DNA from: a virus
Lineage: Duplodnaviria > Caudoviricetes
Direction: 5' to 3' (one strand)
Length of the DNA: 31,483 bases
Virus record (IMG/VR): IMGVR_UViG_3300044724_006585
Location: 1 to 31,483 of that record
Shown piece after piece: positions 1 through 8,353 of this stretch. The position numbers were made by a program, and so were the translations under genes. Position 1 is the stretch's first letter. Each line of letters starts with the position of its first letter. The notes below the pieces were generated by a model. That model saw only the letters and a list, made by a program, of their open reading frames with translations. It searched no databases and was not told where the DNA came from.

Positions 1-111
1 GGTGGTGGCGGCCTGGTGGTGGCGGCCTGGTGGTGGCGGCCTGGTGGTGGCGGCCTGGTGGTGGCGGCCTGGTGGTGGCGGCCTGGTGGTGGCGGCCTGG
101 TGGTGGCGGCC
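1..111. repeat. Perfect tandem repeat of the 14-bp unit GGTGGTGGCGGCCT (7 full copies + 13 bp; may continue left of the window)
   Basis: Units start at 1, 15, 29, 43, 57, 71, 85 and 99; periodicity breaks at 112 (..GGCGGCCCCGGTGATC). Confidence 0.97.
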
Positions 112-130
112 CCGGTGATCTCGGCTGGTC

Positions 131-308
131 TAAAATATATTTCAAAACCCTATTCTTGAATTGATGCGCTACTTTATCCAATCTATTAATCGTAGCAAAA
201 TATTGTTTACAATAGTAGTCTCTTAAAAAGATATTTTTAAGAAAAAAAATTTATAGATTTACATCGCAGGATTGACTAAATATACTTTTACAAACTAAAA
301 AATATTTT
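131..308. other. Very AT-rich non-coding tract with A/T runs upstream of the packaging genes
   Basis: For example TCTTAAAAAGATATTTTTAAGAAAAAAAATTTATAGA. No ORF is called here, and composition contrasts sharply with the flanking repeat and the coding DNA. Confidence 0.8.
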
Positions 309-484
309 GGGTCCTATTTATTACTAACCACTGCGAAGGTATTCGGATCGCACCATAAAAGTAGGCAATACGTTGCAAAGTTGTTTCGATAATGCAAGAC
401 ACACCTCGCCCAGTAACCGAAATAGCGAAATCGGATATTTTATCATTTTTATTCGTATTGCGCTATCTTCGTATTATCGTATTT
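309..484 (+). other. Candidate lambda-like cos packaging site (cosQ-cosN-cosB layout)
   Basis: GGGTCCT at 309-315 is identical to lambda cosQ. A dyad TGCGA(332-336)-N11-TCGCA(348-352) follows, then inverted GCAATACG(365-372)/CGTATTGC(454-461) and TCGTATT copies at 453, 469 and 477. It lies directly upstream of terS and a GpA-type terL. Confidence 0.55.
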
Positions 485-489
485 GAATC

Positions 490-1047
490 ATGGCTCTCAT
501 TAGCAGGTCCGAAGCGGCACGCGCCCTGGGCGTGTCACCTGAAGCTGTCTACGCAGCAGTAAAAAGCGGAAGATTATCGGTCAAGAAAGACGCATATGGC
601 AAGCCTGTTGTGGATAGCGAAACAATGCGAGAGGAATGGGCTAAAAATACGCAAACAAGAATTGGCATTGGCCCTAAGGCTGCTGGGCAAGGGAAAGAAA
701 AGAAGCCTTTACGCAGCCGTGAGGAGAGGATGGCTTCTGGTGCGGAGCAGCCAAGGATCAGTAAGACCCAGGAGTCGATTCCCGACTATGACGAGTCTCG
801 CGCCCGTACCGAGCACTTAAAAGCAGAGTTACTTGAACTGGACCGACAGCAAAAAGAAGGACTTTTGGTCAAAGCGGAAGACATTGCGCTTGAATGGTCA
901 GAAATTATCACTCGCGCAAGAACAAAGCTATTAGGGATACCAACCAAGGCAAAACAGCGAATACCAGACTTAGATACAGACGCTATTGGCGTTTTGGATG
1001 ATATTGTGCGCGAAGCCTTAGAAGATTTAGCTGGTGACAGCGAATAA
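490..1047 (+). CDS. terS: Terminase small subunit (Nu1-like)
   Basis: N-terminal HTH (ISRSEAARALGVSPEAVYAAVKSGRL) and Nu1-like C-terminal coil (YDESRARTEHLKAELLELDRQQKEGLLV); overlaps the terL start. Confidence 0.88.
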   Translation: MALISRSEAARALGVSPEAVYAAVKSGRLSVKKDAYGKPVVDSETMREEWAKNTQTRIGIGPKAAGQGKEKKPLRSREERMASGAEQPRISKTQESIPDYDESRARTEHLKAELLELDRQQKEGLLVKAEDIALEWSEIITRARTKLLGIPTKAKQRIPDLDTDAIGVLDDIVREALEDLAGDSE

Positions 1048-2893
1048 CGTAGAAAAACTAAGAAAGTCAGCCGCTTTAGCCTTCAAACCGCCAAAAAAAA
1101 TGACTTTAAGCGAGTGGGCGGACTCTTATGCGTATTTAAGCGCAGAATCAAGCGCAGAAGGGGGTAGATGGCACACGCTGCCTTATCAGAAAGGAATAAT
1201 GGATGCGATCACGAATCCGAAGATCGAGCAGATCAGTGTGATGAAAAGTGCCCGTGTCGGGTACAGCAAAATCCTTAATCACGTCGCGGCCTTCCATATT
1301 CATCAGGATCCGTGCCCGATCATGATTGTGCAGCCCACAATTGAGGATGCTCAGGGCTATTCCAAGGAAGAAATCGCGCCGATGTTGCGTGATACTCCTT
1401 GTCTCAAGGGTGTGGTGAGCGAGGCGAAGTCAAAGGACGGAGCCAACACAATCCTGCAGAAGCAATTCCCTGGCGGGAGCCTGAGCCTGGTAGGTGCCAA
1501 CAGTCCGCGTGGCTTTAGGCGTGTGAGTAGGCGAGTGGTGCTATTTGATGAGGTTGACGGCTACCCACCCTCGGCTGGCACTGAAGGCGACCAGATCAAG
1601 CTGGGCATTAGGCGCACTGAGTATTACTGGAACAGAAAGATCGTGGCGGGGTCAACGCCAACGGTTAAAGACTTCAGCCGTGTAGAGCGAATGTTTCTGC
1701 AGGGTGATCAGAGGCGCTATTTCGTGCCATGCCCTGACTGCGGTCACATGCAGTATTTGAAATGGGCGAATATGAAGTGGCACGACAACGATCCCGATAC
1801 AGCTAGTTACTGCTGCGAAAGCTGTGGCGTATGGATCCCAGCAGCGAAGAAGCGTTGGATGGTTGAACGCGGGGAGTGGCGGCCCACCGCGCCTGGCAAT
1901 GGTAAGCATGTTTCGTTTCATATTTGGGCGGCGTATAGCTATAGCCCTAATGCGAGCTGGTCAACGCTGGTTGAGGAGTTTCTTGATGCGAAAAACGACT
2001 CAGAGCAGCTGAAGACGTTTGTCAATACTGTTCTGGGCGAGACTTGGGAAGACGAATATGCGTCCAAGGTGGGCGCAGATGCTCTCAGCGAACGCTCAGC
2101 TGAGGAGAAGTACAAGCAGGGTGTAGTGCCCACGGAGACTTTGCTGTTGACTGTCGGTTGTGACACGCAGGATGATCGACTATCGCTCAGTGTTTGGGGA
2201 TGGGGCCGCGAAGAGCAGGGGTGGTTGATCGACAGGGTGAAAATTTACGGCGATCCATCACGCAAGGAAGTGTGGAAGCAGTTAGATGAGATAGTGCAGA
2301 CCCCTTACAAGTCGGAAGACGGTCGCAAGTTAAAGCCAATGATTGTGGCAATCGACTCTGGTGGCCACCACACCAGCGAGGTTTACCAGTACGCAAGGGA
2401 GCGGCAGAGCTTGGGGGTGATTGCGATCAAGGGCATGTCAACCAAAAATAAGCCGCCAATTGGCAAGGCAAGCAAGGTTGACCTAAATGCGCAGGGCAAG
2501 ACCCTTAAGAAAGGCGCTCAGGTGTTCCCGGTGGGATCGGACACGGTTAAGTCATTATTGTTCGGCAGGTTGAAGCACAACGATGTCGGCCCAGGATATT
2601 TGCATTTTTATCCAACAGTTGATAAAGATTATTTCGAGGAATTGACCGCAGAAAAGCAGGTGCTCAGATTCAGGAATGGTTTCCCTGAGCGGATTTGGGT
2701 CAAGAAGAGCAGTGCAAGAAACGAAGCGTTGGACGAGCTTGTTTACGCTTACGCGGCATTAAATCGCGTGTATCAGATTAAAGATCGCAGGACGCTATGG
2801 GATCAGATGGAAAGATCACCTGAAGAACGAAAGGAGTCAAAACGTACAGCTTCGGCATCGCGGACTCAGAAAAGTTTCGTTAATCAGTGGTAA
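1034..2893 (+). CDS. terL: Terminase large subunit, lambda GpA family
   Basis: Walker A-like KSARVGYS, Walker B VVLFDEVDGY, STPT coupling motif, CPDC..CESC Zn motif, FVNTVLGETW, nuclease DTQDDR / DSGG / NEALD; GTG start. Confidence 0.97.
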   Translation: MTANNVEKLRKSAALAFKPPKKMTLSEWADSYAYLSAESSAEGGRWHTLPYQKGIMDAITNPKIEQISVMKSARVGYSKILNHVAAFHIHQDPCPIMIVQPTIEDAQGYSKEEIAPMLRDTPCLKGVVSEAKSKDGANTILQKQFPGGSLSLVGANSPRGFRRVSRRVVLFDEVDGYPPSAGTEGDQIKLGIRRTEYYWNRKIVAGSTPTVKDFSRVERMFLQGDQRRYFVPCPDCGHMQYLKWANMKWHDNDPDTASYCCESCGVWIPAAKKRWMVERGEWRPTAPGNGKHVSFHIWAAYSYSPNASWSTLVEEFLDAKNDSEQLKTFVNTVLGETWEDEYASKVGADALSERSAEEKYKQGVVPTETLLLTVGCDTQDDRLSLSVWGWGREEQGWLIDRVKIYGDPSRKEVWKQLDEIVQTPYKSEDGRKLKPMIVAIDSGGHHTSEVYQYARERQSLGVIAIKGMSTKNKPPIGKASKVDLNAQGKTLKKGAQVFPVGSDTVKSLLFGRLKHNDVGPGYLHFYPTVDKDYFEELTAEKQVLRFRNGFPERIWVKKSSARNEALDELVYAYAALNRVYQIKDRRTLWDQMERSPEERKESKRTASASRTQKSFVNQW

Positions 2894-2928
2894 GAGTTAG
2901 ACTGCTGAATATCAAGTGACTTTTATCG

Positions 2929-3516
2929 ATGGCGATCCCTCCATCCATAACAAGCGGCGTGGATGCAGTATGGGTTGATGCCGAAACTGTTGACGTGTTT
3001 GGTGATGATGTAACCAGCTCCACTCACTCTCTGGTTTACTATTTTCGCCTTAACACCAATGCGCAAGGTCTAACGGCTACAGCAGTTGCGTACAACAGTG
3101 GATGGAAGACCACATTGACGGCTGCTGCGACTGGTTCGGCAGATCCGAGCCCTAACTGGTTTTTCCAAGCTGTCCTTACAAAGATTAGCGATAGCACTGT
3201 TCAGGAATACAGCCGAGGGCAGATTGAAATCAAGCCATCGTTGGCTTATGCGGGTACGCCTGGAGCTTTTGACGGCAGGACACAGGCCCAGCAGGACTTG
3301 GATGCAGTAAAAGCAGCTATCAGATCGATTGTCTCTGGCGGCGCTGTTTCTGAGTACAGGATCGGGAGTCGCAACCTAAAACGATATGATCTTTCAGAAT
3401 TGATTGAACTTGAGTCAAGATTGAAGTCTATTGTGGCAAAGGAGAATAAAGCCAAATTAGTCGCTTCTGGCCTTGGCGATCCGCATAATCTCTACGTTCG
3501 ATTTAACGGAAGCTGA
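2929..3516 (+). CDS. gpW-like head completion protein with an extra N-terminal beta-rich domain
   Basis: Sits between terL and portal, as lambda W does. The C-terminal ~75 aa (DLDAVKAAIRSIVSGGAVSEYRIGSRNLKRYDLSELIELESRL) has the gpW helix-hairpin-helix pattern. Confidence 0.7.
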   Translation: MAIPPSITSGVDAVWVDAETVDVFGDDVTSSTHSLVYYFRLNTNAQGLTATAVAYNSGWKTTLTAAATGSADPSPNWFFQAVLTKISDSTVQEYSRGQIEIKPSLAYAGTPGAFDGRTQAQQDLDAVKAAIRSIVSGGAVSEYRIGSRNLKRYDLSELIELESRLKSIVAKENKAKLVASGLGDPHNLYVRFNGS

Positions 3517-5003
3517 TGGGACTTCGTACACGATTCTTAAGAACTCTGGGTCTGCAGCTCGTACCACGCGAGCAGCCTCGCCGTCGTCGTCGTAGTTATG
3601 CGGGTGCGATTGTTTCTCGCCTAACTAGCGACTGGATGAGCACTCGTGCGAGTGCTGACGCTGAAATTCGCAACAGCTTGAGCAAGCTGCGCGACCGTTC
3701 ACGCGAGATGGTGCGGAACAATCCGTATGCAAAGCAAGCAAAACGCACGACTCAGGTAAACGTTGTTGGCAGCGGAATCAAACTTCAGTCTCAAGTTCAG
3801 CAGGTTCGAGGCCGGAAGCCTAGTGAAGCGATTAATCGCCTCATTGAAGAGAAATGGCATTTATGGACCCGTGCTCAGTATTGCGATGTTGCTGGTCGGC
3901 ATAGCTTTCACATGATGGAATGGCTGGCCACAGGAGCTTTGCCTGAATCAGGCGAAGCGTTATTCCGTATTATTCGCCGTCCGTTTGGTGGCAGCCGCGT
4001 CCCATTGGCGCTTGAGATGATCGAGTCAGATGTGCTCGACGAGGAGTATCAGGGTCCAACACTTGCGAAGCTTAATGAGTGGAGGATGGGCGTTGAAATT
4101 AACGAATGGGGCCGCCCTGTTCGATACGCATTCTTAACTCGTCATCCTGGTGACTATTGGTTTCAAAATGCACCGCAAAAAGGAGAGAAGCATGTTTTTC
4201 TGCCTGCAGCGGATGTAATTCATCTGTTTCTTCCAGAGCGTCCGCAACAACATCGCGGAGTGCCTTGGTTCCATTCAGTGATGGCCGATGCTCATCAACT
4301 GCAGGGCTATGAGGAAGCCGCTGTGATTCGCGCCCGTGCTGGTGCTTCTGTGATGGGTTTTGTCACAAGCCCAGAGGGTGAGCTTGAAGGTGATGATGTC
4401 GAGGCTGATCGCAGGATCAGCGAGTTCGAGCCTGGGATGTGGAAGTATCTGGAGCCTGGTCAGAACGTAAGCGTGCCAAACATCAGCTCGCCTGATCAGC
4501 AGTACGAGATGTTCGTAAAGAATAAAGTTCGGCGTTTTGCGTCAGGTTTTGGCTGCTCTTACGAGACTCTTAGCCGTGACTTTAGTGAGACGAACTACAG
4601 CAGCAGCAGATTGAGTTTGCTTGAGGATCGTGAGCACTGGAAGGTTATTCAGTCTTATTTGATCGAAAACTTTCATAACCGTGTGTTTCGCGAATGGCTC
4701 GACCTTGCTGTATTAGCCGGTGAGCTGCCATTTGATGATTACGATTCACGTCCTGAGCGCTATGACACTCCTAGATGGATGGCACGCGGATGGGATTGGG
4801 TTGATCCATTGAAGGAAGCAAAGGCTTATCGACAGATGGAGCAGGCCGGTTACATGACCAAGGCACAGATTGTCGCGAAGCTTGGCGGAGACTTCTTCGA
4901 CAACCTCACGGAGTTCTCTCGTGAACAGCAAGCAGCCGAGGATCTTAATGTTGAACTTGATCGTGACATTATTGATGAACTCCCTGAGGAGGTTGAGTTA
5001 TGA
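3516..5003 (+). CDS. Portal protein, lambda gpB family
   Basis: LRDRSREMVRNNPYA, MGVEINEWGRPVRY, RPQQHRGVPWF, NYSSSRLSLLE, GWDWVDPLKE motifs; TGATG coupling to the previous gene. Confidence 0.96.
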   Translation: MGLRTRFLRTLGLQLVPREQPRRRRRSYAGAIVSRLTSDWMSTRASADAEIRNSLSKLRDRSREMVRNNPYAKQAKRTTQVNVVGSGIKLQSQVQQVRGRKPSEAINRLIEEKWHLWTRAQYCDVAGRHSFHMMEWLATGALPESGEALFRIIRRPFGGSRVPLALEMIESDVLDEEYQGPTLAKLNEWRMGVEINEWGRPVRYAFLTRHPGDYWFQNAPQKGEKHVFLPAADVIHLFLPERPQQHRGVPWFHSVMADAHQLQGYEEAAVIRARAGASVMGFVTSPEGELEGDDVEADRRISEFEPGMWKYLEPGQNVSVPNISSPDQQYEMFVKNKVRRFASGFGCSYETLSRDFSETNYSSSRLSLLEDREHWKVIQSYLIENFHNRVFREWLDLAVLAGELPFDDYDSRPERYDTPRWMARGWDWVDPLKEAKAYRQMEQAGYMTKAQIVAKLGGDFFDNLTEFSREQQAAEDLNVELDRDIIDELPEEVEL

Positions 5004-7177
5004 CTAAGGAGCCAACTGTGGAACTTTCAATCAGCGAAGAAACCAGGGCCGAACCCGACGAACTAAAAGTTGGTGATTTCGTGCGCTGGGGATCGTCTGG
5101 CGGCAATGCTCAAGGCAAGATCACAAGAATTGTTCGCGACGGTCAGGTTGAAGTGCCTGACAGTGAGGTCGTTATCAATGGCGAAGAAGATGATCCTGCA
5201 GCGTTAATTCAAATTTATCGCGAAGATGATGATGGCTGGGAACAAGCTGATGTTTATGTAGGACATAGATTCAGTACACTGACAAAGATCGAAGCCTTAC
5301 GCGCAATGGAACTTACTACGGAGGTGCCTGATGTTGTCGCAGAAGAGAGTTCTAAACAAGAATTGTCTCGCGATCTTGAAGGTACAAAGTTCAAGCGTGT
5401 TGAAGCGACGAGTTTCAACATGGTTGACGAAAGGAGCATGGAATTTCCATTCTCGTCTGAATATCCCGTGGCTCGTTACTTTGGAAACGAAATCCTGAGC
5501 CACGGCATGGAGTCTGCGAATCTTTCGCGGCTCAACGATGGCGCACCGCTTCTTTATAACCATGATCCAGATCGCATGATCGGCGTTGTCGAACGTGCTT
5601 GGGTTGATGGTGAGAAGAAACGCGGTTACGCCAAGGTGCGCTTTTCGCGCAACAAATTTGCGCAAGAAGTGCTCCAAGACGTTCGCGATGGAATCCTTCG
5701 CGGCGTTTCCTTCGGCTACTCCATTGATAAAATGGAGGAGCGTGAAGATGGCCTCGTAGCTACCAATTGGTCGCCTTACGAGGTTTCGTTAGCTGTTATC
5801 CCAGCTGACCCCACTGTTGGAGTTGGACGTTCTCTTGAGATCGACGATTCTGACGTAAACGTTGGAGTTGATCGTTCTTTAGAGGACGTTGACTCTGATA
5901 TTGAAACTGCGGCTTCGACCGCATCTCCCGTAAACACAGTGACTGAAGTCATGGAAAGCACCACAACTGATGTGGAGGTGATCCGGTCCGAGGCCGTAGA
6001 GGCCGAACGTAACCGGATTGCATCCATCAACAAACTCGGCGAGCGTCATAACCTCTCCGACCTTGCACGCGAATTGATCTCCGGCGGCCAGTCTGTCGAT
6101 GAGGCTCGCGCTGCTGTCCTCGAAAAAATCGGAACTCAACCAGTGGAACACAGCATCACCGCCAACGACATCGGCCTCTCCGATAAGGAGACCCGTAGCT
6201 TTAGTTTCGTCAAAGCTCTGAACTATCTCTCTAACCAGGGTGATGCTCAGGCTCGTCGCGATGCAGCATTTGAAATTGAAGTTGGCGAGGCTGCTGCTAA
6301 GCAGTACGAGCGTTCTTCAAACGGCATCGTCATTCCTAATGAAGTCCTTCGTCGCGACTTGGTTGTAGGTACACCTACAGCTGGTGGTGACTTGGTTGAC
6401 GACGTGCTTCTGGCTGGAAGCTTCATCGATCTGCTTCGCAACCGCCTGTCAATTTCACAGGCTGGCGCAACGATGCTGACCGGGCTGCAGGGCAATGTGT
6501 CAATTCCTCGACAGACGAGCGCGAGCACAGCATACTGGGTTGGCGAAAATTCTTCCCCTACCGAGTCCCAGCAGGCAATTGATCAGGTCAACATGACACC
6601 TAAGACGGTGGGTGCATTTGTTGACTACTCACGTCGTCTTCTGCTTCAAAGCAGCATTGACGTTGAAGGCATGATCCGCAATGACCTTGCTCGCGTTATT
6701 GCACTTGAGATTGACCGCGCTGCTGTTTACGGCACCGGTTCTTCCAACCAGCCTCAAGGTTTGACCAATGTCTCCGGCATTGGTTCCGAAACGTTGACCA
6801 GCTTTGGAACTTTTGCTGAGTACATTGCGATGGAGACCGACGTTACTGCGGCTAACGGTGACATCGGAGCAATGCGCTATATCATTAACGCTTCCGCTCG
6901 CGGCTCTCTGAAGTCAACCGAGAAGGCTTCAAACACTGCTCAGTTCGTTTATGAAAACGATGAGATCAATGGTTACCCTGTGATCGTTTCTAACCAGCTG
7001 CTCAATAATGATGCGCTGTTTGGAGATTTCTCGCAATTCGTGATGGGCATGTGGTCTGGTTTGGATCTAACTGTTGATCCTTATGCTGGTGCTACGGCTG
7101 GCACTGTTCGGGTGATCGCTCTTCAGGATGTGGATTTTGCTGTCAAGCAGCCTGCATGTTTCTGCTTCGCTAGCTGA
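5000..7177 (+). CDS. Fused Tudor-like domain + HK97-type prohead protease + major capsid protein
   Basis: aa ~22-97 Tudor/DUF2945-like (LKVGDFVRW..G..G..EDDPA..H.FSTLTK). Protease motifs FSSEYPV, LLYNHD, GVSFGY, EVSLAVIPADPTVGVGRS. Capsid motifs IPRQT..AYWVGE, MTPKTVGA, SRRLLLQS, GTGSSNQPQG, FGDFSQ, QDVDFAV. Confidence 0.93.
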   Translation: MTKEPTVELSISEETRAEPDELKVGDFVRWGSSGGNAQGKITRIVRDGQVEVPDSEVVINGEEDDPAALIQIYREDDDGWEQADVYVGHRFSTLTKIEALRAMELTTEVPDVVAEESSKQELSRDLEGTKFKRVEATSFNMVDERSMEFPFSSEYPVARYFGNEILSHGMESANLSRLNDGAPLLYNHDPDRMIGVVERAWVDGEKKRGYAKVRFSRNKFAQEVLQDVRDGILRGVSFGYSIDKMEEREDGLVATNWSPYEVSLAVIPADPTVGVGRSLEIDDSDVNVGVDRSLEDVDSDIETAASTASPVNTVTEVMESTTTDVEVIRSEAVEAERNRIASINKLGERHNLSDLARELISGGQSVDEARAAVLEKIGTQPVEHSITANDIGLSDKETRSFSFVKALNYLSNQGDAQARRDAAFEIEVGEAAAKQYERSSNGIVIPNEVLRRDLVVGTPTAGGDLVDDVLLAGSFIDLLRNRLSISQAGATMLTGLQGNVSIPRQTSASTAYWVGENSSPTESQQAIDQVNMTPKTVGAFVDYSRRLLLQSSIDVEGMIRNDLARVIALEIDRAAVYGTGSSNQPQGLTNVSGIGSETLTSFGTFAEYIAMETDVTAANGDIGAMRYIINASARGSLKSTEKASNTAQFVYENDEINGYPVIVSNQLLNNDALFGDFSQFVMGMWSGLDLTVDPYAGATAGTVRVIALQDVDFAVKQPACFCFAS
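5816..5905 (+). repeat. Degenerate 45-bp (15-aa) tandem duplication at the protease C-terminus
   Basis: VGVGRSLEIDDSDVN / VGVDRSLEDVDSDIE; GTTGGAGTTG at both 5816 and 5861. Confidence 0.85.
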
Positions 7178-7182
7178 GCAAC

Positions 7183-7407
7183 ATGAAAGTTGAGATCACA
7201 CGCGGAGTGATGATCAACGGGGAGCCTGTGAAAGCAGGCTCCTTTATTGAAGTTGATCAGAAGACAGCGAACATTCTTTTCAATAGCGACAAAGCAAAAG
7301 TTGCTGTCGAGAAGCAAGCCGCGCCTGTTGCTGACACTCCTCCGCCTTTCCCACCGAAGCCTCCTTCAAAGCGAGGACGTTCCAAAAATTCTCTTGGAGA
7401 AGACTGA
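7183..7407 (+). CDS. Small head-associated hypothetical protein (post-capsid position)
   Basis: 74 aa, 5 nt after the capsid stop; short beta-rich N-terminus plus Pro/Lys-rich tail; TGATG coupled to the next gene. Confidence 0.7.
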   Translation: MKVEITRGVMINGEPVKAGSFIEVDQKTANILFNSDKAKVAVEKQAAPVADTPPPFPPKPPSKRGRSKNSLGED

Positions 7408-7778
7408 TGACAATTCTTTCTGTCGGCCTTGAAAAGCTTTCGCATTTTGCGTTAGCTCCAACCGCTTCACGTACTTCTGCTCTTGACGGCACTGCCGTTG
7501 ACTTGAATGATTACGAAGGCGATATTTGCGTGATTCTCGATGTTGAGAATGGCGGAACATCGACTTTGGATGTCAAAATTCAGTCGGCTGACACCTCTGG
7601 TGGAACTTATTCTGACGTGACTGACGCTGCGTTTACGCAAGTAAGCACAAGTGCAAGTAAACAGACCTTAGTTTTCGCTAAGGGAAGCGCAAAGCGTTTT
7701 ATCAAAGCTGTTTCGACAGTTTCAACTTCAACTCATACCTATAGCGTCAATGCTTTTGGTGCTCTGAAGTACGCCTGA
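7407..7778 (+). CDS. Putative capsid decoration/cement or head-spike base protein (beta-sandwich)
   Basis: 123 aa, alternating beta-strand pattern (TLDVKIQSADT..YSDV, KRFIKAV), located next to the capsid gene. The ORF is solid; the function is inferred. Confidence 0.55.
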   Translation: MTILSVGLEKLSHFALAPTASRTSALDGTAVDLNDYEGDICVILDVENGGTSTLDVKIQSADTSGGTYSDVTDAAFTQVSTSASKQTLVFAKGSAKRFIKAVSTVSTSTHTYSVNAFGALKYA

Positions 7779-7789
7779 TAGCTGTATAT

Positions 7790-7813
7790 GCCCGGTTCGT
7801 CCGGGCCTTCCTT
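7790..7813 (+). terminator. GC hairpin after the head genes (possible weak intrinsic terminator or mRNA stabiliser)
   Basis: GCCCGG-TTCGT-CCGGGC (7790-7806) followed by CTTCCTT, a poor U-tract. Confidence 0.55.
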
Positions 7814-8101
7814 ATGGCATTCACTGAAGATTTAAGCGTTTTTTTAAGCGGCAATGATTTCGCAGTTCCAGTTGTTGCTGGAGCCGTAACAGGACTAGGC
7901 ATTCTTGACATGCCGTCAGAAATTATTGCTGATGGAGTGATTTTGACAACAGACTACAAGCTGACTTGCGAGACTTCTAAGTTTGGGAATCTCCTTCATA
8001 GCGATGCTGTAACTGTCAACGGTTCTGCGTACACAGTCAGAAGCAACTCGTTGATAGACGATGGAGCGTTTTGCGAGGTGATGCTTCAAAAGAATGTGTA
8101 G
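7814..8101 (+). CDS. Head-tail joining (gpFII-like) protein, copy 1
   Basis: 95 aa, small beta-barrel pattern (GILD...DYKLTC...DAVTVNG..YTVR...DDG...VML); paralogue of 14295-14582. Confidence 0.75.
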   Translation: MAFTEDLSVFLSGNDFAVPVVAGAVTGLGILDMPSEIIADGVILTTDYKLTCETSKFGNLLHSDAVTVNGSAYTVRSNSLIDDGAFCEVMLQKNV

Positions 8102-8155
8102 CAGCAAGGTTCATACGCTATGCTTTAGAAGTAGTGGAGTAGAAGCTGGCCGGTC

Positions 8156-8353
8156 ATGAGCCTTCCAAGGATTGGTGGTTTCTCAGCGCCAGCAACGGCT
8201 GATTTTGCTGATCTAAGTTACGACGGTAGCAGCCGGGTGACTACAATCACTTACAAGCAAGGCGGTTCTAGCGGCGTAAGTGTTGGAGTCTTGAATATTA
8301 CCTATGTAGGCGCAACTACTGATGTTGACACTGTTTTCTGGAGCTTGAGCTGA
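8156..8353 (+). CDS. Small beta-hairpin protein (possible fibre base/adaptor)
   Basis: 65 aa, LSYDGSSRVTTITYKQGG..VGVLNITY; TGATG coupled to the fibre gene. Confidence 0.65.
   Translation: MSLPRIGGFSAPATADFADLSYDGSSRVTTITYKQGGSSGVSVGVLNITYVGATTDVDTVFWSLS

Noticed and set aside
112-120. CCGGTGATC, which also occurs between lambda cosQ and cosN
   Set aside because: A 9-bp match about 190 bp away from the cosQ-like heptamer and in the wrong order; probably chance.
272-301. TTGACT as a sigma70 -35 element
   Set aside because: No convincing -10 at 16-18 nt spacing, and AT-rich DNA yields such matches easily.
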